From Moniliella sp. 'wahieum' (lineage: Eukaryota), in contig RSEE01000084.1 of assembly GCA_003971905.1 (NCBI GenBank), positions 1 to 64,000 on the forward strand: DNA of 64,000 nucleotides, read 5' to 3'. Both the position numbers and the translations under genes were made by a program. Positions within the stretch are counted from its first letter, which is position 1. Every line of letters starts with the position of its first letter. Under the pieces are notes generated by a model. It ran no database searches. It had not been told where the DNA came from and worked only from the letters and a program-made list of their open reading frames with translations. Positions 1 to 11,600 of the stretch are shown here, piece by piece.

Positions 1-199
1 GATAGCGAGCTACCCGAAGGGGAGAGAGTTATGCCGAGGCGATAGCTCGCTACGAAATCGTCCGCTCTATGCAGCATATGCCTCCGTTTTCGATTGGACC
101 ACCCGTTCAAAAGTTACACCCCCCATCCCTAACCTACCCACCCCGACCCACCCACCCACCCTCCGATGGCCTCGACGGTTGCCCTGATGCGGCGCTCAA

Positions 200-900
200 A
201 CATCCGTGACTGTCGTTGCTGTTCCTCCACGGATGAGATGCCAGAGTGGGTAAACGATACTTGCTTGAACATCCGGATACATTGCCTGCAAACTTCGTAT
301 GATTCGCTGTTACACCATTGGAGAAGAGCTGTTAAACGTCATATAATTGCCGTGCAAACACCTCTCATGTTCGTTGAACGGTGGATCGAAACATGTATGC
401 AAGTGGCTAGTATACTCTAGCTCGCATGCCTCAACAATGTATATTTGCGTCTCAAACGTACTGCAGATCAGTCGTCAAAACCCAAGTGGGTGGCAGTTCA
501 AACATCTCCATCGTTTGGTCCTACGGTGCTTGGTAACATGAGCAGAAGTGGCTGGTATACACCCAGTTCGCCTGTCCGAACAATGTACATTTGCTCTCAA
601 ACAGCATCAGCAATTGCATTAAAGATGGCATGATACGTCCCAAAGTCATGCTGTTGTTTCGTTGGAACACCGTTGATACTTGCCCTGGTACGCCTGTTGA
701 TCATCTATCCAAGTGCATGCCATGATGCGCTTGACAAACTGGGACAGTCGTGTTAGGTTGGCCTCAAAGACCCACGACCGTCGTCGTCATTGTACGCTTC
801 AACATCTATGACAGGTGCTCGGATGCTTCTGTAGTGCATGTACTAGAGTGCATGGAGAGTAGGTGAGGGCTGAATGATGGTTGCTGCTATGTTCCTATAC
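200..900 (-). pseudogene. Decayed coding relic, possibly a Ulp1/SENP-like cysteine protease segment from a DNA transposon
   Basis: Minus-strand translation across stops gives IIQP..MHY..VIDVEA..GSL followed by GVPTKQQHDFGTYHAIFNAIA, which resembles the Ulp1 H/D/(PxQxNxxDCG) motif order. It also contains an internal diverged duplication (400-458 vs 545-601). Confidence 0.25.
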
Positions 901-919
901 ATGCTTGGTGTTGAAGACA

Positions 920-1220
920 GGAGCAGAGGCGTGGAGATGGGGAGCAGAGGCTTGGGGATGAGAGAGCGTGGGGGAGGCGCAGGCTTGGAGATGATGGGCA
1001 GAGGTTGGTGGCGAGTACAAGCTTGGGGATGACGAGCACAGGCTTGATGGGGAGTGCAGGCTTGGAGATGATGAGCACAGGCTTGGTGGCGAGCACACGT
1101 TGGGGAGAGAGCGCAGGCTTGGACATGATGAGCACAAGATTGATGGCGAGCGCAAGCTTGGACGCAACAGACAGAGCACGACGATTGTACTTGCACATGG
1201 GTACTCGAGCTTGAGCATGG
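920..1220. repeat. Degenerate minisatellite with ~18-21 bp units (gcAGGCTTGgagatgatgagca-like)
   Basis: More than ten recurrences of AGGCTTGG/AAGCTTGG at ~18-21 bp spacing; the minus-strand ORF reads repeated QACARHQ/QACAHHL. Confidence 0.8.
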
Positions 1221-2394
1221 CCCCGGCGAGCGTTGGGATGGGGGCAATGACGAGGGAGAGTGGAAGGATGAGAGGCAGAACACTGGTGCAAGAGGGTCAG
1301 AATGAGGCAGGGTGGCATGGGATGGAAGGAGATGGGATGGGATGGCATGCGTACCGATGCGCTGAACGACGTTGCACATGGCCCAGACGGCGTTCGGGAT
1401 GAGCATCCCAAGCAGGGTGACAGCAGGGGCAGCCAAGCGAGTGCACACGGGCCGGCAGAGCGTCGGACGGGGACGGCATGGCAAGCTGCACGGTCTGCTG
1501 GGACGGGTGCGAGGCAAGTGGGTACAGGGCGAGACGAGCTTCCAGATGGCCAAGCCAAGCGTCCAGACGGCCCACTCAAAGCGGGCAGCGGTGGCAGCAG
1601 CCGAGACGGTGACCTTGGACGGCCAGGACGCCAGACCGAGGCCAGCAAGCATGCACAACGCCATGCACCATCCCTGCACCATTCCCTGCTTCCGCTTGGC
1701 CGGCCCGACGGTGGCGATGGCCGAATGAATAGTGATGGTGGCCGAGTCAATGGTGGGGAGGGAGCCGAGTCAGTGGTGGGGATGGCCTGGCGTGCGTGGG
1801 AGGTGGGAGCGCGGCGCTGGGGCGGGTGGGGAGGCAGGGGGACGTGAGAAAGCCGGCCGGGACGGGTGGGAGGTGGCTGCAGAGACACAGAAGCTGGGCA
1901 GACGACAGAAGCGTGTGGGTCAGCGGAGGCCTGGGGGGTGGCAGATGAGGCGCGGGAAGCGTGAAGTGGAAGATTGGAGGCTCAGAACGAGGGGTTAAAC
2001 GAGGCAACAGACCTTGGGGGGCGGGCAAAGCCAGCCGGGTTGGGGGGGGGGGCGTGGTAAGAAACCAACCAGATCCGTCGCCGCCCGTGCATTCATCCGC
2101 CGCTGGCTGAAAATATTAACATTTGCAATTGCACCGATGCACGCGCAGCCTGCGCGGTCAGATTGGCTCGGCCGCCACCAAATCGACCAAGCCGCCACCA
2201 CCACCAACGCATCCACCGCCACACGCCCGTTCTCCATCGCGGTGCATCGTCTTGCGCCCCACGCGTGCGCGTCTGAAAGAGGACTACCTGGGGCACGCTA
2301 CGCCACCACTCGTGCTCTGACTCGTCCCAAATTGGGGGGCACCGACGCTGTTTGTTGGGACCGTGCGCCGTCGGGACCGCACCTGAGGTAATTG

Positions 2395-2900
2395 GATGTG
2401 GTGTAACCTCAATCCTGGACCGAATCAAAAGCGCATCATCATTCTTGAAAGCCTTGATTCTGGGCTACGCTACACCGTTGACAGATCTCTGATTCGTCCA
2501 GAATTGGTTGAACGCCGCCAGCATCAACATCGACCATCCGCTGTTTGGACCTAACCTCTGATGTTCACATGTGGTGTGACCCCAATCCGGGCCCAATCTG
2601 CGTGCCCCTGACCTCCCATGGAAGCCCTGCTTCTGATGCAAGATGTGCATGTATGCAATCTATTGTTGATGAGGATTGGTGCTGTGCCGGCACCGTCAAC
2701 ATAGACCCTCATCCGAATCAAGCTAACATCAGATGTTGGGGCGTGTTCTGACCTCAATGCTGGACCAATCCTGGAGCGCCTTACCTCCCTGGAAGCCCTG
2801 CTTGTAGTGCACGATGGGGCGCGACGATCTCTGACATCCGACGACAACTGGTGGAGCGGCGGCGCCATCAACACCCACCTGCCCGTGTTTGGACTGCTGT
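2395..2900. repeat. Three diverged tandem copies of a ~173 bp unit
   Basis: An anchor motif tgtggtgt(a/g)acc(t/c)caatcc..gg(a/c)cc.aatc occurs at ~2395, ~2568 and ~2741. Shared blocks are acctccc(a)tggaagccctgctt (2611, 2783) and gatctctga...catcaaca...tgtttggac (2484, 2826). Confidence 0.75.
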
Positions 2901-4170
2901 GCACCATCGCTTCAGCTGGAGGACAGATGCAGATGGTAGTCGATGTAGGCCTGCCCTGGTGGAAGGCGAGGGAGTACGCTGCAGCGGGAGGCTTGGATGA
3001 GGCGTGCACTGAGCGGGAGCGGCTGGGATCGATGCATGCTGGGATGAGATGGTGGCGTATGCCGGCGGGACCAAAATGGCGATATCTCAGCCGTCTCATC
3101 CGTTCTGGCTACATTTGGCATGCTACCAACGGTAAGCAAGCACTGTTGGAGGCATGCATCAGATCCTCCATCTGCCTCACGATCAGGGGCAACGCGCATA
3201 GAGGGTGCTAGCGCCAAATGAAGCACGGATATGGACGATGCTCACCACGAGACGGCCATGCATGGTGACATGGGTGGTGGTGGTGGTGAAAGTGGTGGTG
3301 GTGGGTGGCGGGCTGGATTAATGGTTTGCGCACACACAACATCAGATGCGCTGCGCCGGCAGCGCGCACAGCGGTGGACAGCGGTCGGATGGCCACAGGC
3401 CAGAGTCGGGACTGGACACGGCGCAAGCAGCGTTGGAGGGCCGGCTATATTTGCTCAGGGCAAGCTCAGCGCATGGTGTGCACTGTCCTGATCTGCAGCA
3501 TGCATCGAAACACAGTTGGCATTTGCACCCCCAGGCCCACCCGGCAGTACAGCAGGGCCGCGCTTTTGCAGTGAATCCCAACCGAGCTGGACCGAAGGCC
3601 TGAACGTTGAAGGCCTGAGGCCTGGGCGGGGCGTTAAGCACTGGCAGCTCAGACTGAGCGCTGGGCCTGAGGGACGTGCGGGAGCGCGCTGCCAACGATG
3701 TACCTGAGCGCACACCCTGCGCCACTGCGTCCTCCTCCGCAGGAGGCCGCCCCCCCGCTCCGGCACGCGGCATCTTGGCAGCAGCTGCAAGCATTGCGCG
3801 TCACGCTTTTGCAGCTCCAGGCCAGCCCCGGCGTTCAACATTCAACGCTCCCCGGTAACGCACGTGGATGCGGTCGCCTGTCGGGCGTACCATCGTCACC
3901 AAACCGCGGCGTCCCCAGGGCGTCGCATGTCACACCCATTGTAACCCACCCTCACACGTACATGCAATGCCCCATCCCGGTCATGCCACCGCGGTTGCAC
4001 TCTGGCTCCACCCCGCACGGAACATTCCCCGTCCCGGACCCTGTCACATCCGTTGCCGCATGCGGCGTTAGCGTGTGTCACATGTCACATGGCACATGCC
4101 GTGTTAGCGGGCGGCACATGCGGGCTCATTAGTAAGTAGCCCCCATGCCGATCATTTCGAGCTGGCACCG

Positions 4171-4325
4171 CCAGGACATGGCCCGCACCCAAACTGTCAG
4201 AGGTCACCAACCGTCAGGCACCTCCCTTCGCCCTCCGCACGTTTCAGACGGGCCAGCGTAAACTCTGCATTCCAGGACACAGGCCCCGCGCCCAAACTGT
4301 CAGAGGTCACCATCTGTCAGGCGCC
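4171..4325. repeat. Pair of ~52 bp direct repeats ~101 bp apart (possible transposon subterminal repeats)
   Basis: ccaggaca..ggccc.gc.cccaaactgtcagaggtcacca.c.gtcaggc.cc at 4171-4222 and 4272-4325. Confidence 0.8.
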
Positions 4326-5635
4326 ACATTTTCGCACTTACACACTGTGGTGCCTGACATTTTGCAACCTCTGCAATTCTGAGACGAAAAACGTCATTTT
4401 CATAGAGAAAATCGACGGAGTTATGCAGTCCTTCACGTGAATATCTGACTAGAGGGAGCCGAGGCCTTAGGCAGCACCCATTGGCAAATGCAGGGCACGT
4501 TTCGCACTCCCGTGGCTGCGCCAACACGAAAGGCTCCTAAGTTGCAAGCTCCAATGCTCCCGTCCGCCTCTTCTCCCAGGTGGGAATGAAGCCTGGGGAG
4601 GGGGAGACTAATTATACGACAGCTACGCGGCATCACCATTTTGCTCCACTGCACGAACGCGTTCAGCAGCGTCGAAGGGTGGCGCCTAGTTCAGTCCGTT
4701 CTCCGAATGGGCCTTTGCTGCTGGCGGTGCTGCGAATGGAGGTATTCTCATCAGCGGTCAAGGAAACTTGCTGATTGGACTGCTTTGAGCCAAGGGGCGG
4801 CAGGAACAGAGATAAGGGGTGTGAGCCACACCTTTTGCAAACCAGATGGTGCCAATGCATGTATTGCATTCATATCGTTTACAGTAGTGCTTAGGGCGGT
4901 GCGCCTAGCTGGCTCGCTCGTCCGGCGTGTGCTGCTTGTTCATGGCAAACCAATTAAGAGTTGCCAGCAGGCCAGGACCCTCTGACGCACGTCTTTCGCT
5001 TCCAATCCAGATGTAGCGCGCCTGGATAGGAATGATTAATGACGCTGGTAGGCATTGAGCCGGAAGTTTACGATGAATCCCCCAGCGCCCAAACGTCTTG
5101 TTAGTTTCCTGGCGTCATGACCAAGGCGAAGAAAGGGGTACTTGGCGTTCTTGCCACATTGCTTTTATTCCAACAGTCGACGCAACTCCTCCCGGCGTTC
5201 GGAAGTCATTGCGCCAGTTCCCTCGTGCACCACCTTCCGGAACGCAGCCATCTCGCATCCGTTGTGCCGGAGTCCCGCTACGTGTGGTCCACCTCCACTC
5301 GTGATCCTCCGAACGCTGCAGGTGCGATCCTGGTAGTCCGTACGCCTCGCCTCCCTCCCAGACCGACGCCCCGTCCTCCTCCTCTCCCCAGTCGGCTCGG
5401 GTGGATGGGGGCGCCTGGGATGGCCACGCCGGCCGGGCAGCCAGAGAGAGAGACGAGGGAGAAACAGATAGGAGATAGGAGATACCAAAGATGCTTACGT
5501 ACGCACCCTTCTTCACTTGTCAACTCGCCAGTCTCAATTCCCAGTCTCCACCCGCGTCACTGTAAGCGGCGCCCTGCGGGTGAGCGCCGCCAACCAGGCA
5601 GCTGCTCCCACCCCGCCGCCCTCGCCTGCCCCCCC

Positions 5636-6619
5636 ATGGCTGCGCCCCGCCCACGTGCGTCCGCCCCGCCGCCCGGCCCACCCCCGGGCCCGCCCCCGGT
5701 CCGCCCCCTCGTGCCCCCTCGAGCCACCCCGCAAGCGCCCCCGCAAGCGCCCCCGCAAGCGCCCCCGCAAGCGCCCCCGCAAGCGCCCCGCAAGCGCCCC
5801 CGCAAGCGCCCCCGCAAGCGCCCCGCAAGCGCCCTCTCGGACGCCCCCCCGTCCAACGCAGCCGCCGGAACCGGCGCAACCCGATCCTGCCGAGCTGGCC
5901 AAGACGCTGCGCAAGGAACAGGCGACGTTTTGGCAAGAGATTGAGATTGAACGGATCCTGAGTGCGTTCAAGCTCAACCCGTACGACGTGATGGAGGTTC
6001 CGCTGGAGACGGAAACCAAGGAAATCCAGAAAATTTATCGGCGCAAGAGCCTGTTGATCCACCCCGACAAGGTGCAGCACCGTATGTGTGGCTCGTATCG
6101 ATTTCCTTCCCTGTTGTTCTTTGGCACCTTTGGCTCTCACGTGGGGTGTGCCATGGGAAGAAGAGAAGACTGACTTTATCCCAGCACGAGCGGTGGAAGC
6201 GTTTGATCTGTGAAGAAAGCGTCGAGCCAGCTCCTGGATGAGACGGCGCGGAAGAAATTGGACGAGGTGGTGATGGAAGCGCGACTGACCTTGTTGCGCG
6301 AACTTGACTTGCCACCGGATACGCCCTCGGACCATCCACGGATCCAAGCGATGGGCAAATCGTTTGAGGAGAAACTGAGGACCCACACGCAGGAAATCAT
6401 GGTGGACGACGAGCTTCGTCGGCGTCGGGCGGTACGACTGCAGCACGCTGCCGAAGGAGCCGAGTCGAAGAAGCGGGAGGATACGATCCGCGAGCGCAAG
6501 AGAAGAGCGGAAGAGGCCAAGCAGGGAGGAGACTCGGGACGAACGAGTGGATGGGTGGAGAACGTTGTCAAGGGGGGAGGGGGTAAAAAAAGAAAAAGAA
6601 GAATGCCGTTCTGGGCTAG
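5636..6619 (+). CDS. J-domain co-chaperone, DNAJC8/Spf31-like (one intron 6082-6184; apparent frameshifts)
   Basis: EIERILSAFKLNPYDVMEV...IYRRKSLLIHPDK (HPD motif); GTATGT..CTGAC..CAG intron; then AVEAFDL-KKASSQLLDE, a charged coiled coil, and a lysine-rich KKKKNAVLG* C-terminus. Confidence 0.88.
5727..5833 (+). repeat. 12-bp coding tandem repeat (CCCCGCAAGCGC) x ~9
   Basis: Directly visible; some units are one C short, which shifts the frame between PQAP, RKRP and PASA readings. Confidence 0.92.
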
Positions 6620-7278
6620 GATTGCATCGTATTGAAATGGCCTACCGCTACTGAAGCCGGACATATGTAGGCCTCGCCCCCTGAGGCGTGTGGCGAGGAT
6701 GTGGGTACCGTGTACCTGAGCATCGGGAGAGGGCGGGGGGGGGGGGGAGTGATCTCGTCCAGATAAAGTGCTAGGATGCTTAGCGCTGACTTAACTCTGC
6801 TCTTCGCCATTTGATGGCCATGCTCGCCATGCTCACCGGAGACGACCCAGACTGGACTATATGCCAACAATGCGGACTTCAAGCTTCACTGTCTGTACTT
6901 CCCTTGTTTGTAATATGCCTACACTGGTTCTTGGTCCAACAGTGGTGGAAAAGAGATATGTTGCGCCCTCGAGGACCATCAGCACTCCGACAGGTCTCAC
7001 CAAGAGATGAGGAATCGAGTCCAGAGCGGAGCCTGATTGCGGCCGAGACGCAGAGGAGAGGTTGGACCCGCGCCGGCGCAAGCTCAGCTCTTGCAGGCTG
7101 ATAAGAAAACCGTTGTACCTTAACAGCTGTGCGCCACCCTGTGGGGGTACAAGTACTATAAGTACGCGTTGATATGGTAAGTTGGGGCAAAGGCAGGCAA
7201 TACACTATCCCACCTTCTGTCGTTCCAGTCGATCGACCGGGTCGCCACGCAATGTAAAAAACCTGGTGTGAACCAGAC

Positions 7279-7334
7279 TAGATGGAGATGGAGATGGAGA
7301 TGGAGATGGAGATGGAATGGAGATGGAGATGGAG
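7279..7334 (+). repeat. (GATGGA)n microsatellite just upstream of tRNA-Lys
   Basis: About nine copies, one imperfect. Confidence 0.92.
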
Positions 7335-7376
7335 GGCTACGTACGAGTGGCCCACGTCCACCGGGCGAACAAGTCA

Positions 7377-7464
7377 GCCTCGCTATTCAATCGGTAGAAT
7401 TTGGGACTTTTAAGCAGTGTAAACGGCCATCCCACGGCTGCGGGTTCGAGTCCCGCGTGAGGCG
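7377..7464 (+). tRNA. tRNA-Lys(UUU) with 16-nt intron (7413-7428)
   Basis: Acceptor stem GCCTCGC/GTGAGGC; D arm ATTC..GAAT; anticodon stem TGGGA/TCCCA with CT-TTT-A; T arm GCGGG-TTCGAGT-CCCGC. The linker between the acceptor and D stems appears one base short. Confidence 0.9.
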
Positions 7465-7469
7465 TGATC

Positions 7470-7480
7470 TTTTTTTTTTT
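7470..7480 (+). terminator. Pol III oligo-T terminator of tRNA-Lys
   Basis: T11 run starting 6 nt after the discriminator base. Confidence 0.75.
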
Positions 7481-8079
7481 CTCTTCGTCTCTACGAACTC
7501 CGCGACACAAGTATGCCAGAACGCAATCGAGACGCCGGAGTCGCTACGATGCACAGAGCGGATACAGCGGAGAGAGAGAGGAGTATCGAGTACAAGCGGG
7601 AGCGGGATACAGGTGGTGGGAGGACAATACAGGCGTTGCTACAGAAGAAAAGAAACCTTCTGTAGTAGGTACTACCAAAAAAAGCTACTAATAACTGGAA
7701 GAAAACGAGACAAACTACTGCGAACCACGTGGCAAAACAGAACCATGCCCCCCATAGCCTGCCTAGGAAGAGGCGACGGAATACTCGACACCGTCAGGGG
7801 GGGAAGGAAGCGGACGGAGCCACCTGCCGTCAGCCGTCTCGGTGACAACGCGGCCGGTCGTGTCGGTCAACCTACTGTATATGTGACAGTGCCTGTCGCG
7901 CCGTGAACGCGTAGATACGGAGTCCACTTGGCAGACACGGCACATTGACCGTGCCCACATCCAGCCGCGTGCGTCTCACGCTACCTACGGTGCCTGGGCG
8001 CTGAGCCCCGGGGCAGAGCTGCAATGGGAAGCCCGCGCCACCCTTTGGTCACGGTCATGCCAAACCACACATCCGGTAC

Positions 8080-8260
8080 TGCCACGGTCAGGGCCAAGGC
8101 GAGAGCGACGTCGAGTGTAGGTCAAGCGACGTAGCACTCGTTCGTTCAGTGAGGAAGAAGCAAGAGCAGAGGCCATGGTGCGAAGCGGAAGAACAGGGAA
8201 AGAGCGAGAGGCTCGGGAGGAAATAGGACGGAGCGAAGATCAGCCAACCTATATATGCCA
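8080..8260 (-). mobile_element. Solo/degenerate LTR of the Gypsy family found at 49.9 kb and 52.9 kb
   Basis: Colinear similarity to 49862-50042: gtcagggc.aag.cgag..., ggtcaag.ga.gtagca.tcgttcg, catggtgc.aag, acagggaaagagcgag, agatcagccaacctat. No target-site duplication recognised. Confidence 0.75.
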
Positions 8261-8623
8261 ACTAAGTACACGCACACCGTACACCCCTTCTTCGATCCGC
8301 GTAAGAACAGATAGAACACAAGTCGCCATCCTCCCTGTAGCCTACTTATCCTACTCATTCTTCCCGTCCCTCAGCCACGCACGACCCTTGGAGCCTGCCT
8401 TGCCAAGCTCCATGGCCCACCCCATCCGCTACGATCAGCACCAAGTAATCACCAGTCACCATCCCTAATCCCTAGTCCCTAGTCCCTCCCTAATCCCGAG
8501 TCCAATCGCATAATGCATGCATACCTGTACCAATACCAAACCAACACCCGCACGTTCATACCAAGATAAAAATACAACCCGACCCGATCGGGCAGTGCCC
8601 TCCCTCGCCCGTTCCGCCCCGCC

Positions 8624-8676
8624 CACCGTCACCGTCACCATCGCCGTCACCGTCACCATCATCGTCACCGTCACCT
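8624..8676 (+). repeat. (CACCGT)n-like hexamer microsatellite in the 3' flank of the TF gene
   Basis: caccgtcaccgtcaccatcgccgtcaccgtcaccatcatcgtcaccgtcacc. Confidence 0.8.
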
Positions 8677-8690
8677 TAGCGTACGCGCTC

Positions 8691-11600
8691 CTACTCCACG
8701 GGGGGATACGACCCGCCCTGGTCCAGCACCCAGCGGAAGAAAGCATCGACACTGGTATTCGTACCGTGCGGCGCGGGGGCCGAGGGCGGCAGTCCGCCCA
8801 AGCCGCCGGGCAGGCTCCCGTCGCGGGCGTGGCACGTATCCGTGTCCCTGGGGTCGTAGTCGTGGTCGTGGCGTGGGTGGGTGGGAGTGGGCACGGGCCC
8901 GAGGGGATGGCGACCGGGAGCGTTGGTGGTGATAGGGCAGCGTGTTGGGACAAAAAGGCCGACAGGCTAAAGTCGTCGCCAGGCGCGACCAAGGCCGGGT
9001 CAGGAAGGATGCTGGCGTAGCCACTTAACGGTGGCTGGGTCAGGCCGGGACGGAAGAGGGTGTGGGCAGAGGAAACGTAGGGCGGGGAAGAGCCCGGTGG
9101 GGATCCCGAGCTGGAACCTAAAGTCATTGTTGAAGCCATCGTTGAAGCAGAAGCCGAAACAGAAGTCGTAGCAGAAGTCGAAGTCGGAGCAGAAGTCGAA
9201 GGCGGAGCAGAAGTCGAAGGCGCAGCAGAAGTCGAAGGCGGAGCAGAAGTCGAAGGCGCAGCAGAAGTCGAAGGCGGAGCAGAAGTCGAAGGCGCAGCAG
9301 AAGTCGAAGGCGGAGCAGAAGTCGAAGCCAAAGTCGAAGCCGAAGAGCGCAAAGCCAAAGGCGAATTCGAAGTGGAAGCCAAAGGCAGTTTGGGAGAAAG
9401 TATCTGGGCGGATAAGGGGGGCAAGAGGGTACTGGACGGACGTAAGCAGCCCATGGAACTCATTCCGCCCGGTAAGAAAGCGACGGGCATTTGGGAGCTG
9501 CCGCCGCCGCCGAGCGCGGCGACTTGGGTGCCAAAGTTGGAAGGCAAGGTGAACCAGGATCCGGCGGCGGTATATGTGCCAGTGCCGGTGCCGGGCTGGA
9601 GCCGCGACGGCCACGTCGGGGGGGGGACAAGGTGGGGTTGGCCAAGTCGGCCGCCGCAGTGGAGGTGGCGTAGGCCACGGCCTGTTCCATCTGGGTGCTT
9701 TCGCTCGGGGACAAGTCGGCGTTGTGTTGCTGGAAATGACGGCGCGGATGCGACAAGGCGAGGGCGAGCATGGTGCGTGTGCCGGGCAGAGGTGGGACAG
9801 GTTCCACGTGCGGGCCGACGGCCTGCACGCGTTGTTTCCACTGCCCATCTTCTTCCGCCAGCAGGCCGAGCAAGATGCGCAACGACCGTTTGACCGGCGG
9901 GTTGTAGTGCAGCACAAAGCGCAACGCAATGACGGCCGTCATGACTTGTTTGCGGACTTGGGCTCGGTTGGTGCGCAGTTGCGGCCGAAGGGCCAGGTCC
10001 AGCACCAACACCGCCGCCGCCTGGAACAGGTGGCCACGCAAGCACCACAGTCGACCAATTGCCGTGATGCCTTGCTGCAGCGTCCCGAGCGCATTCAGCA
10101 TGCTGCGCGCCAACAGCACACACGTATCCCGCCCGCCCACCCGGGCCTGCACGCCGTCCAGGCCTTCGTCGCGTGACGAGAGGGAAAAGCGGTGGAGGCG
10201 CAACAACTGGGAAAAGATAATGTTGTGCAACAGGGCGCGTTCCATTGCCACACATGGGTCGGGCGTGGTGGGGGGTTCTTCATGCGGTTTTAAAACAAGG
10301 GAAACTCCACCTCCAAACGAACGGTACGAAGCGTCGAGCAGCGCCACATCGTCCGGGTGCAAGCGGACGAGGAACGCATTGATCCCCATCTCGGCTGCAC
10401 GACGGTTGATGAGATCCGTGTGCTTGCGGATCGTGTTGCCCAGCGCGGCCGGGCCAGGGCATAGGACGCATCCGTGTATTCGCCCTCGGGCCGGGGCGCA
10501 GGCACGACCATCTGTTCCAAGTCGGCATCATGTAGTTGCTGGCTTGGGGGTGGAGAATTGGTCGGGGATGATATTGTAGAGCAAGCCGGCGATTTGGGAC
10601 GCGTACCAGTCGCGCGAGACGAGGGACCACCAAACCCGTTTGCCCATCTCGTACCGCATCATCAACTTGTTCCGACTCGCCTCGGCGCCCTCGGCGCCGC
10701 TCGCCACGGTCGGACGTCCACCGAGACGGTCAATGCCCAAAACGCGGGGCGGCATGCTGGCGGCTTTTGGAGCCACTGCATGGTCGACTCATCTTCGGCG
10801 CCGTGGAGGTCAATGCACAGCATGGCTGGATCAGCGCCAGGGTCGGGTTGGTCACACCGTAATTGAGCATGGCAACAATCGTCTTGGCTGATGAGTACCA
10901 GCAGTTCATGGTGCACGACGCATTGAGCAAACCAAGGGACAACCGTTCATTGTTCTTCTCCGCGTCGGGCAGGGTAAAACTTGAGGCCGAGCACGAGCAG
11001 CATGAGGAGCAAGGCCAGCCATCCGGTTATCGAGCACGTTGAGTACGTGGGCCCGCGACGCCTCGTCCGGACAGGCCAACAGCGTGTCCAATTCGCGCTT
11101 GACCTGGCCAACGTGCACGGCGCGCGTGTGGATAAAGTTGGCGCGTTGCTCGTACGAATCAAACAAGTCGTACATCACCTCGCGCGTAGGAAAGGTGCGC
11201 AAGATGGTGCGCAAGATGGCTTCACGTTCCGCTTGTCCGTCGCCCAAGCCTTTCCGGCATCAAGGTACCTTTGGCGGATTGTTCAAACTCGCCCTTCTCG
11301 GCTGCCGCGGCAAACGTCCAGCCCACCCCAAACCCAAGCTTGGTCTCGGAGCCATTGTAGACCTTGAGGAGACCATTGTGCTTGGCACCAGGTGGGCCGT
11401 CAAGTCCGCCTCGCCATCCCACTTTCCTCCACCTCGGTGGTGGGTGGTCGTGTCGGCGCTGGAGCGCGTGAGCGAACGGATGGGGTCGAGCGCATTTCGG
11501 AATGCGCCGACGACGCATCGTCCCGCATCTCGCGCGCAGAAAAGGAAGGTCCGGACGCCATGTCGGCCTGGGCCAAGGCCAGGGTTGGACAGCGGAGGGT

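Noticed and set aside
3..52. 10-bp inverted repeat TAGCGAGCTA/TAGCTCGCTA
   Set aside because: Short, at the window edge, and with no context to assign it as a TIR or structural RNA.
843..2030. Long overlapping ORFs (279 aa, 333 aa) on the minus strand
   Set aside because: Low-complexity GC-rich and repeat-derived translations with no recognisable domain; long ORFs in several frames are expected at this GC content.
8463..8497. CCCTAA/CCCTAG-like repeats suggesting an interstitial telomere
   Set aside because: Period is 7 (TCCCTAR), only about four imperfect units; not a TTAGGG tract.
9160..9340. Regularly spaced repeats as a possible CRISPR-like array
   Set aside because: No unique spacers, eukaryotic context, and in-frame within a CDS.
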